DNA of 64,000 bases from Oceanispirochaeta sp. (GCA_963666275.2 CAXXOA010000001.1:1568001-1632000); one strand, 5' to 3'. Numbered from the stretch's first letter, positions 21,136 through 31,361 are shown. Notes: generated from the letters alone by a model not told the origin. Translations and numbers: made by a program.

Positions 21136-21218
21136 TTGACATCAATCAGGCAATATGCTAATTTTTCACAGCCTCTTTATTTACTCCGTTGGAGTAAATC
21201 ACTAAGTCCACAAGGAGG
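21136..21218 (+). promoter_or_regulatory. rpsF promoter and S6:S18-type ribosomal protein leader
   Basis: TTGACA (21136), 17 bp, TGcTAATTT; CCTCTT can pair with the SD AAGGAGG; inner hairpin ATTTACTCC/GGAGTAAAT; unpaired GTCCA (CCR motif) just before the SD. Confidence 0.7.
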
Positions 21219-21223
21219 ATATA

Positions 21224-21505
21224 ATGAGATCCTACGAATTTACAGCCGTTTTCCGGGTAAAGGAAGACAATTATTCTACCGGTCTGAAAGCTGTCAAAGA
21301 CATTTTTCAGAAAAACGGCGCTACCATTGCTTCAGAAGAAGACATGGGTGACAGACCACTGGCGTATGTCGTTAAGAAGGAAGAACGCGGTCACTACCAT
21401 CTTTTGAATGTTGAAGCAGATCCCGCAGTAATCCTTAAGATAGAAGAAGCTCTTAAACTTACCAATCAGCTTCTCAAGTATCTCTTTGTAAAAAAAGAGA
21501 AATAA
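21224..21505 (+). CDS. rpsF: 30S ribosomal protein S6
   Basis: MRSYE, MGDRPLAYVVKK; rpsF-ssb-rpsR order. Confidence 0.97.
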   Translation: MRSYEFTAVFRVKEDNYSTGLKAVKDIFQKNGATIASEEDMGDRPLAYVVKKEERGHYHLLNVEADPAVILKIEEALKLTNQLLKYLFVKKEK

Positions 21506-21523
21506 TCATCAGGAGGAGTTCCC

Positions 21524-22006
21524 ATGGCAGAAGATCTGAATAGAGTCATCCTGGTCGGAAGGCTAACGAGAGATGCAGAACTGCAGTATACCAACAGCGG
21601 CTGGGCCATTACTAAAATGGGCCTTGCCTGTAACCGCCGGAGAAAACAGGGTGATCAATGGGTTGATGAGGCAAACTTTTTTGATATAACCCTTTTTGGA
21701 AAGCGGGGAGAATCCCTGAGCCAGTACCTTCAGAAAGGTCAGCAGATCGCCGTAGAGGGTCAGCTGAAACAGGATCGCTGGGAGCAGGATGGTATCAAGA
21801 GAAGCAAAGTTGTAGTGGAAGCTACAAATATTCAGCTTCTCGGCGGTAGAGGCGAGCGTTCCGGAAATGATGATTATTCTTATCAGGGACAGCAGCAGGG
21901 AGCACCGGCACAGAGAAATTCTCAGCCATTCGAGTCGTATAATCCCGGACCATCCAGAAAGGATAACGGTCCGACCGAGCGGTTTGAGGATGACATTCCA
22001 TTTTAA
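21524..22006 (+). CDS. ssb: single-stranded DNA-binding protein
   Basis: LNRVILVGRLTRDAEL; acidic tail DDIPF. Confidence 0.99.
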   Translation: MAEDLNRVILVGRLTRDAELQYTNSGWAITKMGLACNRRRKQGDQWVDEANFFDITLFGKRGESLSQYLQKGQQIAVEGQLKQDRWEQDGIKRSKVVVEATNIQLLGGRGERSGNDDYSYQGQQQGAPAQRNSQPFESYNPGPSRKDNGPTERFEDDIPF

Positions 22007-22021
22007 CGAGGTATAATTATT

Positions 22022-22312
22022 ATGTCTGAAGATACAAGAGCAACTGAACAGGGTAATTCCGGTCAGGACAGAGGCGATAGACCTTCTTCCAGACCCAGAA
22101 GAACATATTACAAGAAAAAAGTCTGCAAGTTCTGTACTAACAAACTTGAAGTGGATTACAAGAAACCCGATTCACTGAGACGTTTCATCACTGAAAGAGG
22201 TAAGATCCTTCCCAGAAGAATTACCGGAACCTGTGCAAAGCATCAGAGAATGCTGACCACTGAGGTTAAAAGATCCAGAGCCCTCGCTCTGCTTCCTTAC
22301 GTAACAAAATAA
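22022..22312 (+). CDS. rpsR: 30S ribosomal protein S18
   Basis: [29 protein letters not shown]. Confidence 0.99.
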   Translation: MSEDTRATEQGNSGQDRGDRPSSRPRRTYYKKKVCKFCTNKLEVDYKKPDSLRRFITERGKILPRRITGTCAKHQRMLTTEVKRSRALALLPYVTK

Positions 22313-22422
22313 GGAAATTCAGTGAACTAAAAAATCCTCTGCCCGCCTGAAACTTCAAAGGAATGCAGGTCCGAAAGAGGTGAATCTGTTGTAATACAGA
22401 ATATTTGACAAGGAGTAGATCC

Positions 22423-22890
22423 ATGAAGATTATATTAAATCAGGATATCGCTAACCTTGGAGAAGAGGGAGATATCAAAGTTGTAGCCGACGGTTACGCT
22501 AGAAACTACCTTATTCCCCGCAAAATGGCGGTTACCTATAACAAACAGAATCTCAATATGTTTGAACAGAAAAAACTCTCTATTGAGAAGAGAAAAGAAG
22601 AAAAACGAAAAGATGCCATGAGCCTGAAAGAGAAACTCGGTCAGCAGGAAATTGTTATTTCCATGTCTGCCGGTGAAAAGGGTAAACTTTTCGGAGCAGT
22701 TACCGCTTCCACTATCGTAGAGGAACTGGTAAAACTCGGAATTTCTGTTGAAAAGAAAAACATTGATGTTCCTGAACACTCCATCAAACTTGTTGGAACC
22801 TATACTGTTAAGGTAAAACTTTACGGTGGTGAGACAGCAGATCTGAAAGTGACTGTTAACGCTGCAGAACAGGCAGCAGACGCAGAATAA
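22423..22890 (+). CDS. rplI: 50S ribosomal protein L9 (start moved to ATG 22423)
   Basis: MKIIL...LGEEGD...GYARNYLIP, GKLFGAVT; AGGAG SD. Confidence 0.98.
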   Translation: MKIILNQDIANLGEEGDIKVVADGYARNYLIPRKMAVTYNKQNLNMFEQKKLSIEKRKEEKRKDAMSLKEKLGQQEIVISMSAGEKGKLFGAVTASTIVEELVKLGISVEKKNIDVPEHSIKLVGTYTVKVKLYGGETADLKVTVNAAEQAADAE

Positions 22891-22900
22891 TCAGGACTTT

Positions 22901-24241
22901 ATGGATAATATATCCTTAAAGGATAAAGTGCCCCCGTACAATGAGGAAGCGGAAGCTGCCGTACTGGGGGCTCTTCTTATTAATTTCTCCCTGGATAATC
23001 TGGATACGGTCAGAATGTATCTGGGACCGGGAGATTTTTTTAAATCAGCCAACCAGAAAATTTTCAATGCCATCGAAACTCTTGAAAAAAAGGGTTCCGG
23101 TGTTGACCTTCTCACAGTCACAGAAGAACTTAAAAGCCAGGGGCTTCTTGAGAGATCCGGCGGCGTCGGTTATATTGCCGAGCTGACATCTTCTGTTCCG
23201 ACTACCGCTAACATCGGGTATTATTCAAAAATAGTCCAGGAAACCAGTATCAGAAGGAAGCTTCTGAATATCGGTGCGGAAATTCATGCTCAGGCTCACA
23301 ACGATTCTCTTGAAACCAGCGAAATTGTTGAAGATATAGAGCGGAAAGTTTTTGAAATCAATGATCAGAGATCCGTGGATTCCATGAAATCTGCGGGTGA
23401 TGTTATTAAAGAAGCCATATATGCCATTGAGCAGCGTTACTCCCAGAAAGGGGATTTCACGGGAATCCCTTCGGGTTTTGATGAACTGGACAGCATGACC
23501 ACAGGTTTTCAGAGTTCTGAAATGATTGTCATCGGTGCCCGTCCGTCTGTTGGTAAAACCGCTTTTGCTCTGACCCTGGCAGCGAATGTGGCTATAAAAA
23601 AGAAAATTCCCTGCGGGTTTTTTACCCTGGAAATGACGACTCTGTCAGTTATGCAGAGGCTCCTTTCCATTCAGGCTAATATACACTCCAATAAGATACG
23701 TACAGGTCTCCTCAAACCCTCGGACTTCAATAGTCTGACAGACGCTGCCAGTCATATCTATGAGGCACCTCTGTGGATCGATGATACTCCCAATATGAAG
23801 CTCCTGGACCTCCGGTCCCAGGCAAGGCGTATGGTGAGCAAATTCGGGGTTAAAATCATTTTTATCGACTATCTCGGTCTGATCACCTTTGAAGATAAAA
23901 GGATTCCCAGGCATGAACAGATGTCTGAAGTCAGCCGTTCCCTGAAGGCCCTGGCCCGGGAACTGGAAGTTCCGGTTGTCGCTCTTTCACAGGTGGGAAG
24001 ACAGACAGAGGGAAAGGCTCCGGGACTGGCAGACCTGAGGGAATCCGGAGCTATTGAGCAGGATGCTGACATGGTAATGTTTCTTCATCGTGACAGGGGG
24101 ATTGACAATTCGGAAGGTCCGCCTGAAAATATAGAGACAGAGTTGATCATTGCCAAACAGAGAAATGGTCCCGTTGGTGTTGTTAAGATGGCTTTTATAC
24201 CGCATTTTACCAAATTTGTGCCGCTGGCCCATACGAACTGA
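22901..24241 (+). CDS. dnaB: replicative DNA helicase DnaB
   Basis: EAEAAVLG, GARPSVGKT, IDYL, DLRESGAIEQDAD, KQRNGP. Confidence 0.99.
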   Translation: MDNISLKDKVPPYNEEAEAAVLGALLINFSLDNLDTVRMYLGPGDFFKSANQKIFNAIETLEKKGSGVDLLTVTEELKSQGLLERSGGVGYIAELTSSVPTTANIGYYSKIVQETSIRRKLLNIGAEIHAQAHNDSLETSEIVEDIERKVFEINDQRSVDSMKSAGDVIKEAIYAIEQRYSQKGDFTGIPSGFDELDSMTTGFQSSEMIVIGARPSVGKTAFALTLAANVAIKKKIPCGFFTLEMTTLSVMQRLLSIQANIHSNKIRTGLLKPSDFNSLTDAASHIYEAPLWIDDTPNMKLLDLRSQARRMVSKFGVKIIFIDYLGLITFEDKRIPRHEQMSEVSRSLKALARELEVPVVALSQVGRQTEGKAPGLADLRESGAIEQDADMVMFLHRDRGIDNSEGPPENIETELIIAKQRNGPVGVVKMAFIPHFTKFVPLAHTN

Positions 24242-24249
24242 GAAAAGAG

Positions 24250-24555
24250 GTGCCTATGAACTTTCAGGAAATTTACGGTCTGGATGAAATAAAAAATGAA
24301 GTGGAAGAGGCTGCTTTTGAAGAACTTGAAAAGCAGCTGAAAGCTATCCCGGATGAAGATATCTGTAAATGTAAGGATTGTGTGCAGGATATGGCCTGTT
24401 ACGCCCTGAATCAGATCAGACCCCGCTATGCCGTGTCCCTTCTGGGAGCCTTATATACAAAAGCTGAAACTGAAAAACATAATGATGATTTTCAGAACAT
24501 TATCGGGAAGGCTATCGAAAAGATCAGCCAGAACCCCTTTCACAGTAAATCCTGA
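24250..24555 (+). CDS. late competence development ComFB family protein
   Basis: CKCKDCVQDMACYALNQIRPRY motif and C-terminal NPFH. Confidence 0.85.
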   Translation: MPMNFQEIYGLDEIKNEVEEAAFEELEKQLKAIPDEDICKCKDCVQDMACYALNQIRPRYAVSLLGALYTKAETEKHNDDFQNIIGKAIEKISQNPFHSKS

Positions 24556-24568
24556 TCTGAAAGGATAT

Positions 24569-24608
24569 AAAAAAAAACGGAATTCCCATGGGAATTCCGT
24601 TTTTTTTT
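24569..24608. terminator. bidirectional intrinsic terminator (40-bp perfect palindrome)
   Basis: A9-CGGAATTCCC-AT-GGGAATTCCG-T9 between convergent genes. Confidence 0.85.
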
Positions 24609-24635
24609 GGACTGAAAGCCTACAGTCAATGCAGT

Positions 24636-26768
24636 TTAATCTTTTTTGATATAGTAGGAATTGCGTATGCTTCTTCCTGTAGAATTATAGGTTCTGAGAA
24701 AGTCCGCCGCTTCGGCCTGACTGACAAAAATCTTCCTGTCGTTCTGGCTGTAGGGGACAGCAATCCATGTTCCGTCGTTCATCAGGTAGAAATCGAGAAG
24801 GATCTGCCCCTTGAGGGGATTGAAAAGTGAGATGGAGCCTTCGGAATTGAGGATGTAGAGCATGCCGTTATTGTAAAAAATCTTTTCGATATTTTTGGGG
24901 TACTCCCATGTCTTCTTTCTGGTTCCCGAAATCCTTATGATCTCCCGTCCCGAGATGGTGCCGTAGAGAGTAGGGGAGTAGGAACTGGTGTCGGCTGTAA
25001 ACCTGGCATTGATCCATTCGCCGTTGAGGGAAAACACGGAAGTCGATGTTTCGGGATCTCCCGCATTGTGACTGCGGATTGTTGTTTTAACGGATGTGTC
25101 GGATACCTGAGCCAGGCCGACTGTATAGGCTCTGTTTGCTTCTGAAGGAGAAAAAATATCATAAATCAGAAAACGCTCGTCCGTAATGGGAATGATCTCT
25201 CCCGTATCTGTCTGAACTGTGAAAATCGAATTCCGGCCTGTTTTCATAAGAGACTTTCCCCCCAGGAGGGTCGTGTCATTCAGAAAGTTCAGACTGACCA
25301 TTCCAAGAGCGGAAAACTGAAAATCCCTGAATCCTGTGTGAATGTTGTTTAAAGTGGCTTCGCCGCTGTTCTCAAGTACAAGGACCTGATTGTTCCGGAC
25401 ATGGATCTGATTCAGAGGAGATTCGAAGTTGTAATTGCTGTTGAGCACATCTCCTGTGACGGGATTGTAAATGATATATCCTTTCCTGACGCTCTCTTTG
25501 GTCCATATGAGCATTTTTTCATTGTCAATGGGTTCTATTTCAGAATCACCGGGAAGAGGGCTTTCAGACTCTGTTATGAGCATGTCGTTAAAGCTCTGCA
25601 GGTCTCCAGTGAACCGTTCCCGGCCAAAACTATCGCTTTCCAGGTGAAACAGATTCCGGGTGGAGAGAATGAAGAGGGAATTGTCCATAAAATTCAGATC
25701 TTTAATATGGGCTATATTGTTCTGTTTGAATACAGCAGGCTTCAGGGTTGAGGGATCCATATTCCAGATAGTTCCGTTGCTGTCAGAAAGGAATATTCTA
25801 TTCCCTATAGTTAAAGATCCTGTAAGGCTTCCGTTCATGGTGAACTGTCCGCTGGTGACAGGAAGGGACGGCGCCATGACGGTTTCTCCCTCTGCCAGGA
25901 AGGAATCCATATTGACAGGGCTGAAAAAAGCCCCCTGAGTCGTATAGGTGTACACTTCCAGACGACCTGCAGTGCCTTTCGTGGTAACAGAAAGGAACCC
26001 ATTTTCAGAATCAAGAGAAAAATCCAGAAGATCTTCTATTTCCAGAGAATCCCTAACACTGCCGTTGAGGCGGTCTATAAGGTATATGGTACTGCCTTTT
26101 CTTGCGCTGATATACCGTTTTCCCTCGGTCTGGAGCACTTCGATATCCGTTAATGACGGAACTGTTTCCGCTTCGCTTTTCAGGGCGGAAGTTCTTATGT
26201 CCCAGTATTTGATCATCCCCGATGAGCTGTAGGTCATCACACGGGATTCTGAAGCGCCTATGTAGCCGTAGCTGATCAAATCATAGAGTTTTTTCAGATA
26301 GCTGTATTCCCGGCCGGACTGACTGTCCATGAGAACTATGCTGGGGGAGCTGATGCGTGTCATAAAGAGGAACCGGCCCTGACCGGAGTATTCAAACTGC
26401 AATGGTCTGTCCTGAAGTTCCTTTCTGAAGAGCAGGGTTCCCTTTTCCCAGTCCCAGACGCTCAGTTCGGTAAATCCCGGTCGGGAAACCAGGAGGGCGA
26501 ACTCTGTTTTCTGAGGATGTACTTTGACCTGAATGGCTCCTCTGACTCCTGTACTGACCTGGTATCTGATACTGTTGGAGGCAAGATCCCATACTTTGAC
26601 AAGCCCCGTATTATCGGTGGAAAGAAGGACACCGCTGGTGTGATAGACCAGGGATTCAATACCTGAACTGTGACCTGAATCTATCATGACCCTGTTCGCT
26701 GTCTGTCCCGTAAGATTTATTGTCAGCACCAGTACAGTTAATATAAAAGGTATTCTTTTGATCAGCAT
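24636..26768 (-). CDS. exported WD40/beta-propeller protein (start probably ATG 26768)
   Basis: Signal peptide MLIKRIPFILTVLVL; GH...VKVWD, SVWD and IKYWD WD-like repeats. Confidence 0.8.
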   Translation of the reverse strand: MLIKRIPFILTVLVLTINLTGQTANRVMIDSGHSSGIESLVYHTSGVLLSTDNTGLVKVWDLASNSIRYQVSTGVRGAIQVKVHPQKTEFALLVSRPGFTELSVWDWEKGTLLFRKELQDRPLQFEYSGQGRFLFMTRISSPSIVLMDSQSGREYSYLKKLYDLISYGYIGASESRVMTYSSSGMIKYWDIRTSALKSEAETVPSLTDIEVLQTEGKRYISARKGSTIYLIDRLNGSVRDSLEIEDLLDFSLDSENGFLSVTTKGTAGRLEVYTYTTQGAFFSPVNMDSFLAEGETVMAPSLPVTSGQFTMNGSLTGSLTIGNRIFLSDSNGTIWNMDPSTLKPAVFKQNNIAHIKDLNFMDNSLFILSTRNLFHLESDSFGRERFTGDLQSFNDMLITESESPLPGDSEIEPIDNEKMLIWTKESVRKGYIIYNPVTGDVLNSNYNFESPLNQIHVRNNQVLVLENSGEATLNNIHTGFRDFQFSALGMVSLNFLNDTTLLGGKSLMKTGRNSIFTVQTDTGEIIPITDERFLIYDIFSPSEANRAYTVGLAQVSDTSVKTTIRSHNAGDPETSTSVFSLNGEWINARFTADTSSYSPTLYGTISGREIIRISGTRKKTWEYPKNIEKIFYNNGMLYILNSEGSISLFNPLKGQILLDFYLMNDGTWIAVPYSQNDRKIFVSQAEAADFLRTYNSTGRSIRNSYYIKKD

Positions 26769-26769
26769 T

Positions 26770-28116
26770 TTAGTTCCTTGAGAAAAATAATATGTCATTC
26801 ATGGTTGCAAAAAGGATCAGTCCGAAAACTATGATTGTTCCCAGAAGCTGATATCGGTATATGATCTGTGGATTGGGACGCTTCCTGAAGATCCCTTCCA
26901 CAAGGAAAAGGAGGATTTGTCCGCCGTCCAGAACAGGAATAGGCAGAAGATTCATAACAAAAAGAGCTATATTTATAAGGGCGATAAATCGGAAAAACGT
27001 GAGGAATCCCTCGGCAGCACTGTTCTGAAATCCCGAGAAAGCCAGATCTCCTGTTATGTAGGTGATCCGTAAGGGGCCAGAAACAGCAGACTGCAGATCA
27101 ATGCCCTTGAAGAGAAGAGCAAGGCCTTTTACAGAGGTTACCAGGGTTCTGACTGTTTCCCTCCAGGCTTCGGCAATGGAAAACAGGGGTCGGAATCCCG
27201 GGGTCCTCTCCTCTCTGAACTCAAACTGAATTTTTGTCCCTTCAATTCTGGTAGGCTGTTCCAGCCTGAGGGTCCGGGTGGAACCGCCGCGGATAATGGT
27301 GAGTTCCTCTACTTCCCGGTTTTCTATAAGGGATGACAATTCTACCGCATGGTTTACGGGAATCTGATTGATTGCGCTTATTCTGTCCCCCCGGAGCAGG
27401 CCGAGAGGGGCAAGAAGGGAATCTTCCTGAACTGATCTTATAACAGGATCAATCCAGGGATAGATTCCTATGAATCCAGCTCCGGTCTGTTTGTTCAGTT
27501 CAGGGGTAATGGGAATGATTAACTGTTTCCCTTCTCTTTCCACTGTGAGTTCTACAGTATTCAGAGCATTCAGGGCTATTTTTTCCTGAAGCTGATCAAA
27601 TCGACTGATACTTTCGCCGTCAATTTCAACGATGATATCTCCTGTGGCAAGACCGCTTTTATCGGCAGGATAATCGGTCCGCCCCGTATATTCGGATGCT
27701 GTTACTATCCGGGAAGGGTAGTAGTAGATTTTGTAACCGACAAAGGCAATGGAAAAAAAGATAAGTCCCGCAAAGATCAGGTTCATCAGTGGGCCGCTGA
27801 GAGAGACAATGATCCGCTTCCAGAAGGCGGCGGCATACATGTCGCCTGTATCGCATTCAACCTCCCGGGCATGGTTTTCCCACGCCTGTACCAGAGCCTG
27901 TTCGCCCTGCATTTTACAGTATCCTCCCAGAGGAAACAGGGAGATGCGGTATTCGGTACCTTTCCATTTTCTGGCAATGAGAATTTTACCCCATCCCACA
28001 GAAAAGGCTTCCACATTGATACCCGAGAGTCTGGCTGCGATAAAGTGACCGGCTTCATGGATGATCACAACCAGTGATAATCCTAATAGGCCGAATAGTA
28101 TTTTGAACAAAGTCAT
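26770..28116 (-). CDS. rseP: RIP metalloprotease RseP (M50, PDZ)
   Basis: HEAGH, PLGGYC, GPLMN, NLLPIPVLDGG. Confidence 0.97.
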   Translation of the reverse strand: MTLFKILFGLLGLSLVVIIHEAGHFIAARLSGINVEAFSVGWGKILIARKWKGTEYRISLFPLGGYCKMQGEQALVQAWENHAREVECDTGDMYAAAFWKRIIVSLSGPLMNLIFAGLIFFSIAFVGYKIYYYPSRIVTASEYTGRTDYPADKSGLATGDIIVEIDGESISRFDQLQEKIALNALNTVELTVEREGKQLIIPITPELNKQTGAGFIGIYPWIDPVIRSVQEDSLLAPLGLLRGDRISAINQIPVNHAVELSSLIENREVEELTIIRGGSTRTLRLEQPTRIEGTKIQFEFREERTPGFRPLFSIAEAWRETVRTLVTSVKGLALLFKGIDLQSAVSGPLRITYITGDLAFSGFQNSAAEGFLTFFRFIALINIALFVMNLLPIPVLDGGQILLFLVEGIFRKRPNPQIIYRYQLLGTIIVFGLILFATMNDILFFSRN

Positions 28117-29243
28117 TACAGCATTTCTCCAAGTAATCTGAGAGCGGAATCTCTGGCGGCTCTGTCTGTTTCCAGTATGGTCTCCAGTGATGTCTGAGGA
28201 TAGGACCAGTCCTGCTGAAGAGTTTTTTCGGTAAGCTGCCCAATCTGTGTGAAGTGGATCTTTTCATTCAGGAAAGCATCTACAGCAATTTCATTGGCTC
28301 CATTGTAGGCTATGGGATATCCCATTGCAGACTCAGAACAGGTATAGGCCAGTTTCAACATGGGAAACTTTTCAAAATCCGGAGCCATAAACTCCAGTGT
28401 TTTTCCCGCCAGATCCATGTAGGTCCAGGGGACGGCTTTCATTTCAGGATAATAGAGGGCATCCTGTATGGGAAGCCGCATATCGGGTTTGCTTATCTGC
28501 GCATAAAGAGCCAGATCTTCTGTTCTGATCAGAGAGTGAACATAGCTTTGAGGGTGGATAAGCACTTTGATTTTCTGTATGTCAAAATCGAAAAGCTGCT
28601 GGGCTTCTATGACTTCAAGCCCCTTATTGGCCATGGTTGCCGAGTCTATTGTGATTTTATTCCCCATATCCCATGTGGGGTGCCTGAGAGCATCCGCCAG
28701 GGTTATGCCGGGAAAATCCTCCAGGGGGAGATTTCTGAAGGGGCCTCCCGAAGCGGTGAGGATGATTTCAGAAACAGTACTTTTATCGCGATTGTGGAAA
28801 AGGTGAAAAAGGGCGGAATGCTCAGAGTCCACAGGGAGAACTTTCCGTCCTGTTTTCAAGGCTGTCTGTTTGATTAGAGGGCCCGCAAGGACCATGGATT
28901 CCTTGTTGGCAAGGGCCACATCTTTTCCGGTTTCCAGAGATTTCAGAGTAGGTTCCAGTCCGCTGGCACCCACAATACCGTTGACCACAATATCCGCTTC
29001 GGTTTCTTCGATCAGACGGAGGATTCCCTCGGGTCCGGAGTAGGAGATCCGTGTATCTTCAGAGGCTTTGCCGCTGAGACAGAGCTTTGCTCCGGGCCAG
29101 GATGAAGCAAATTCCAGAAGCGCGGCTTCGTTGCTGTGTGCCTGAAGCCCTGCCACGGAAAAATCGTCTGTATTGGCGTTGATTATATCCAGCGTACTGA
29201 CTCCGATGGAGCCGGTACATCCTAATACCAGAATTTTTTTCAT
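28116..29243 (-). CDS. dxr: 1-deoxy-D-xylulose-5-phosphate reductoisomerase
   Basis: LGCTGSIG, LANKES, PVDSEHSA, HPTWDMGNKITIDSATMANKGLE. Confidence 0.99.
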   Translation of the reverse strand: MKKILVLGCTGSIGVSTLDIINANTDDFSVAGLQAHSNEAALLEFASSWPGAKLCLSGKASEDTRISYSGPEGILRLIEETEADIVVNGIVGASGLEPTLKSLETGKDVALANKESMVLAGPLIKQTALKTGRKVLPVDSEHSALFHLFHNRDKSTVSEIILTASGGPFRNLPLEDFPGITLADALRHPTWDMGNKITIDSATMANKGLEVIEAQQLFDFDIQKIKVLIHPQSYVHSLIRTEDLALYAQISKPDMRLPIQDALYYPEMKAVPWTYMDLAGKTLEFMAPDFEKFPMLKLAYTCSESAMGYPIAYNGANEIAVDAFLNEKIHFTQIGQLTEKTLQQDWSYPQTSLETILETDRAARDSALRLLGEML

Positions 29244-29266
29244 GTAAAACTTCCCGCTTTATTGGA

Positions 29267-30109
29267 TTAAAGGGCGGTGAGGCTTAAGAAATAGTAGAAA
29301 ACCGGGGCAGTCAGGAGGAGGGAATCGATAGAGTCCAGAAGTCCTCCTCTTCCCATGATAACATTTCCTGAATCTTTGACACCCGAGGATCGCTTGATAC
29401 CTGATTCCACCAAATCTCCCAGAATCGTGGTGACTCCCGCAATTAATCCGAGTAATACCATTATATATAAAGGTCCGGTAAAGACGCCAGGATACAAAAT
29501 TCCGCTTACAGTTGTAACCACAAGGGACGCAAAGATGCCGCCCATAAAACCGGCCATGCTTTTATTGGGACTGACAGCAAAAACCTTTCTTGAGTTTTTC
29601 CCCAGAAGATTTCCTACAAACCAGGCATTGGAGTCGTTCAGATACACGCTGAGCATAAAGATGATCAGAATATGAGTGGAGTACTGAAATCCTGTGAATC
29701 TGACTATATAGGTCAGAAAAAATCCGGGGTAGATCAGAGCCAGAAGGGAACCGGCAGCTGTGGTGATGACAGCTTTAAAATTATCCTCTTTCATTGTAAA
29801 CACCGGAATCGTCAGGATCAGGGCCGCCGTAATAAAGGCAAACAGAGCCAGGATTCCGGAAGGCAGAAGACCTGTTACATTCAGATAGGTGAGAATGGGC
29901 AGGATGGTTCCGACCGGAGTCAGTACCTTTGCGGGAACAGCCAGGCCGCCTTTGTTGAGCATTGTGCACATTTCTGAAGTCCCTACATAAGCGATAAGGA
30001 GTACTATCAGATTGATGGCAAGATGATTGGCAAAATCAATGAATATCAAAGCCGTGAGAAGGGGGAGGGCTATCAGAAAGAGAAGCCACCTTTTCTGAGT
30101 ATTTGTCAT
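29267..30109 (-). CDS. cdsA: phosphatidate cytidylyltransferase
   Basis: SPNKS, GDLVESGIKR...KDSG...GRGGLLDSIDS; multi-TM. Confidence 0.96.
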   Translation of the reverse strand: MTNTQKRWLLFLIALPLLTALIFIDFANHLAINLIVLLIAYVGTSEMCTMLNKGGLAVPAKVLTPVGTILPILTYLNVTGLLPSGILALFAFITAALILTIPVFTMKEDNFKAVITTAAGSLLALIYPGFFLTYIVRFTGFQYSTHILIIFMLSVYLNDSNAWFVGNLLGKNSRKVFAVSPNKSMAGFMGGIFASLVVTTVSGILYPGVFTGPLYIMVLLGLIAGVTTILGDLVESGIKRSSGVKDSGNVIMGRGGLLDSIDSLLLTAPVFYYFLSLTAL

Positions 30110-30804
30110 GATTTCACACCTCCGTAGCGTCTGTCTCTGTTTTTAAAATTTTCTAGAGCGTCTTTCAGATCTTCTCCGTTCCAGTCGGGCCAGAGTTTGT
30201 CTGAAAAGTAGTATTCTGCGTAAGCTGTCTGCCAGATGAGAAAATTGCTGAGTCTTTTTTCCCCGCCGGTTCTGATGACAAGGTCGACCGGGGGAATTTC
30301 CGGATTATCCAGATTTTCCGTACAGATCTTCTCTGACACGGGAGACCCGGGATTTTCGGATATGTATCGGTTGATGCTGCGGATTATCTCATCTTTGCCG
30401 CCGTAGTTGATCAGAAGATTGACTGTCAGACCGGTAAATCCGGATGTCTGTTCCATAACAGTCTGAATCTCCTGCTGAATTTCATCAGGCAGCCCCTTAA
30501 GATCTCCGCTGTGAACAACCCGAATGGCATTGTCTTTATAGAATTTATACTCTTTTTTTAAATAATTTTTAATCAGCACCATCAGGAAAGAGATCTCATC
30601 CTGAGTCCTCTTCCAGTTCTCCGTAGAAAAAACATAGAGGGAAAGATAGGATACTCCCAGATCAGATGCGGCTTTAACCACAGCCTTGGCCGCATTCAAT
30701 CCTTCCCGATGGCCTGCAGAACGGATCTGGCCGCGGTTTTTCGCCCAGCGGCCGTTTCCGTCCATAATAATGCCTATATGAAGGGGATTCTCTGTCTCCG
30801 ACAT
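30106..30804 (-). CDS. uppS: polyprenyl (undecaprenyl) diphosphate synthase
   Basis: HIGIIMDGNGRWA, FSTENWKR, RTGGEKRLSNFL. Confidence 0.98.
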   Translation of the reverse strand: MSETENPLHIGIIMDGNGRWAKNRGQIRSAGHREGLNAAKAVVKAASDLGVSYLSLYVFSTENWKRTQDEISFLMVLIKNYLKKEYKFYKDNAIRVVHSGDLKGLPDEIQQEIQTVMEQTSGFTGLTVNLLINYGGKDEIIRSINRYISENPGSPVSEKICTENLDNPEIPPVDLVIRTGGEKRLSNFLIWQTAYAEYYFSDKLWPDWNGEDLKDALENFKNRDRRYGGVKS

Positions 30805-31346
30805 TAAATCTCCATGATCTCTTTTTCTTTAGCGTCGATGACTTCGCCAATCTCTTTGACATACTGATCTGTCAGTTTCTGGATGTCGTCAGCTGCTTTT
30901 TTCTGTTCGTCTTCGGTAAAGTCGCCTTTTTTGATCTGATCATTCACATCCCTGCGGATGTTTCTGATAGAAACGCGGCTCTGCTCTCCAATGTTCTTTG
31001 CCTGTTTTACAAGATCTTTACGTCTTTCTTCTGTGAGAGGTGGAATATTGATTCTGATAACTTTACCGTCATTGTTGGGATTCAGAGAGAGCTCGGAAGT
31101 CTGAATTGCTTTTTCAATGTCGTTGAGAGCATTTTTATCAAAAGGCTGAATGACAATCAGACGGGCTTCGGGGATGGAAATATTGGCAACCTGATTCATA
31201 GGTGTCGGAGTTCCATAGTACTCAACCATTACCTTATCAAAAAGATTGGCAGAAGCTCTTCCGGTACGGATTGTATTGTACTCTTCCTTCAAAGCTTTAA
31301 TGGTTTTTTTCATTCTGTCTTCAGCTGATTTCTTGACGTTTTCCAT
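30804..31346 (-). CDS. frr: ribosome recycling factor
   Basis: IRTGRA, PPLTEERRKDL, RVSIRNIRRD. Confidence 0.99.
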   Translation of the reverse strand: MENVKKSAEDRMKKTIKALKEEYNTIRTGRASANLFDKVMVEYYGTPTPMNQVANISIPEARLIVIQPFDKNALNDIEKAIQTSELSLNPNNDGKVIRINIPPLTEERRKDLVKQAKNIGEQSRVSIRNIRRDVNDQIKKGDFTEDEQKKAADDIQKLTDQYVKEIGEVIDAKEKEIMEI

Positions 31347-31361
31347 TTTTTCACCTCATTT

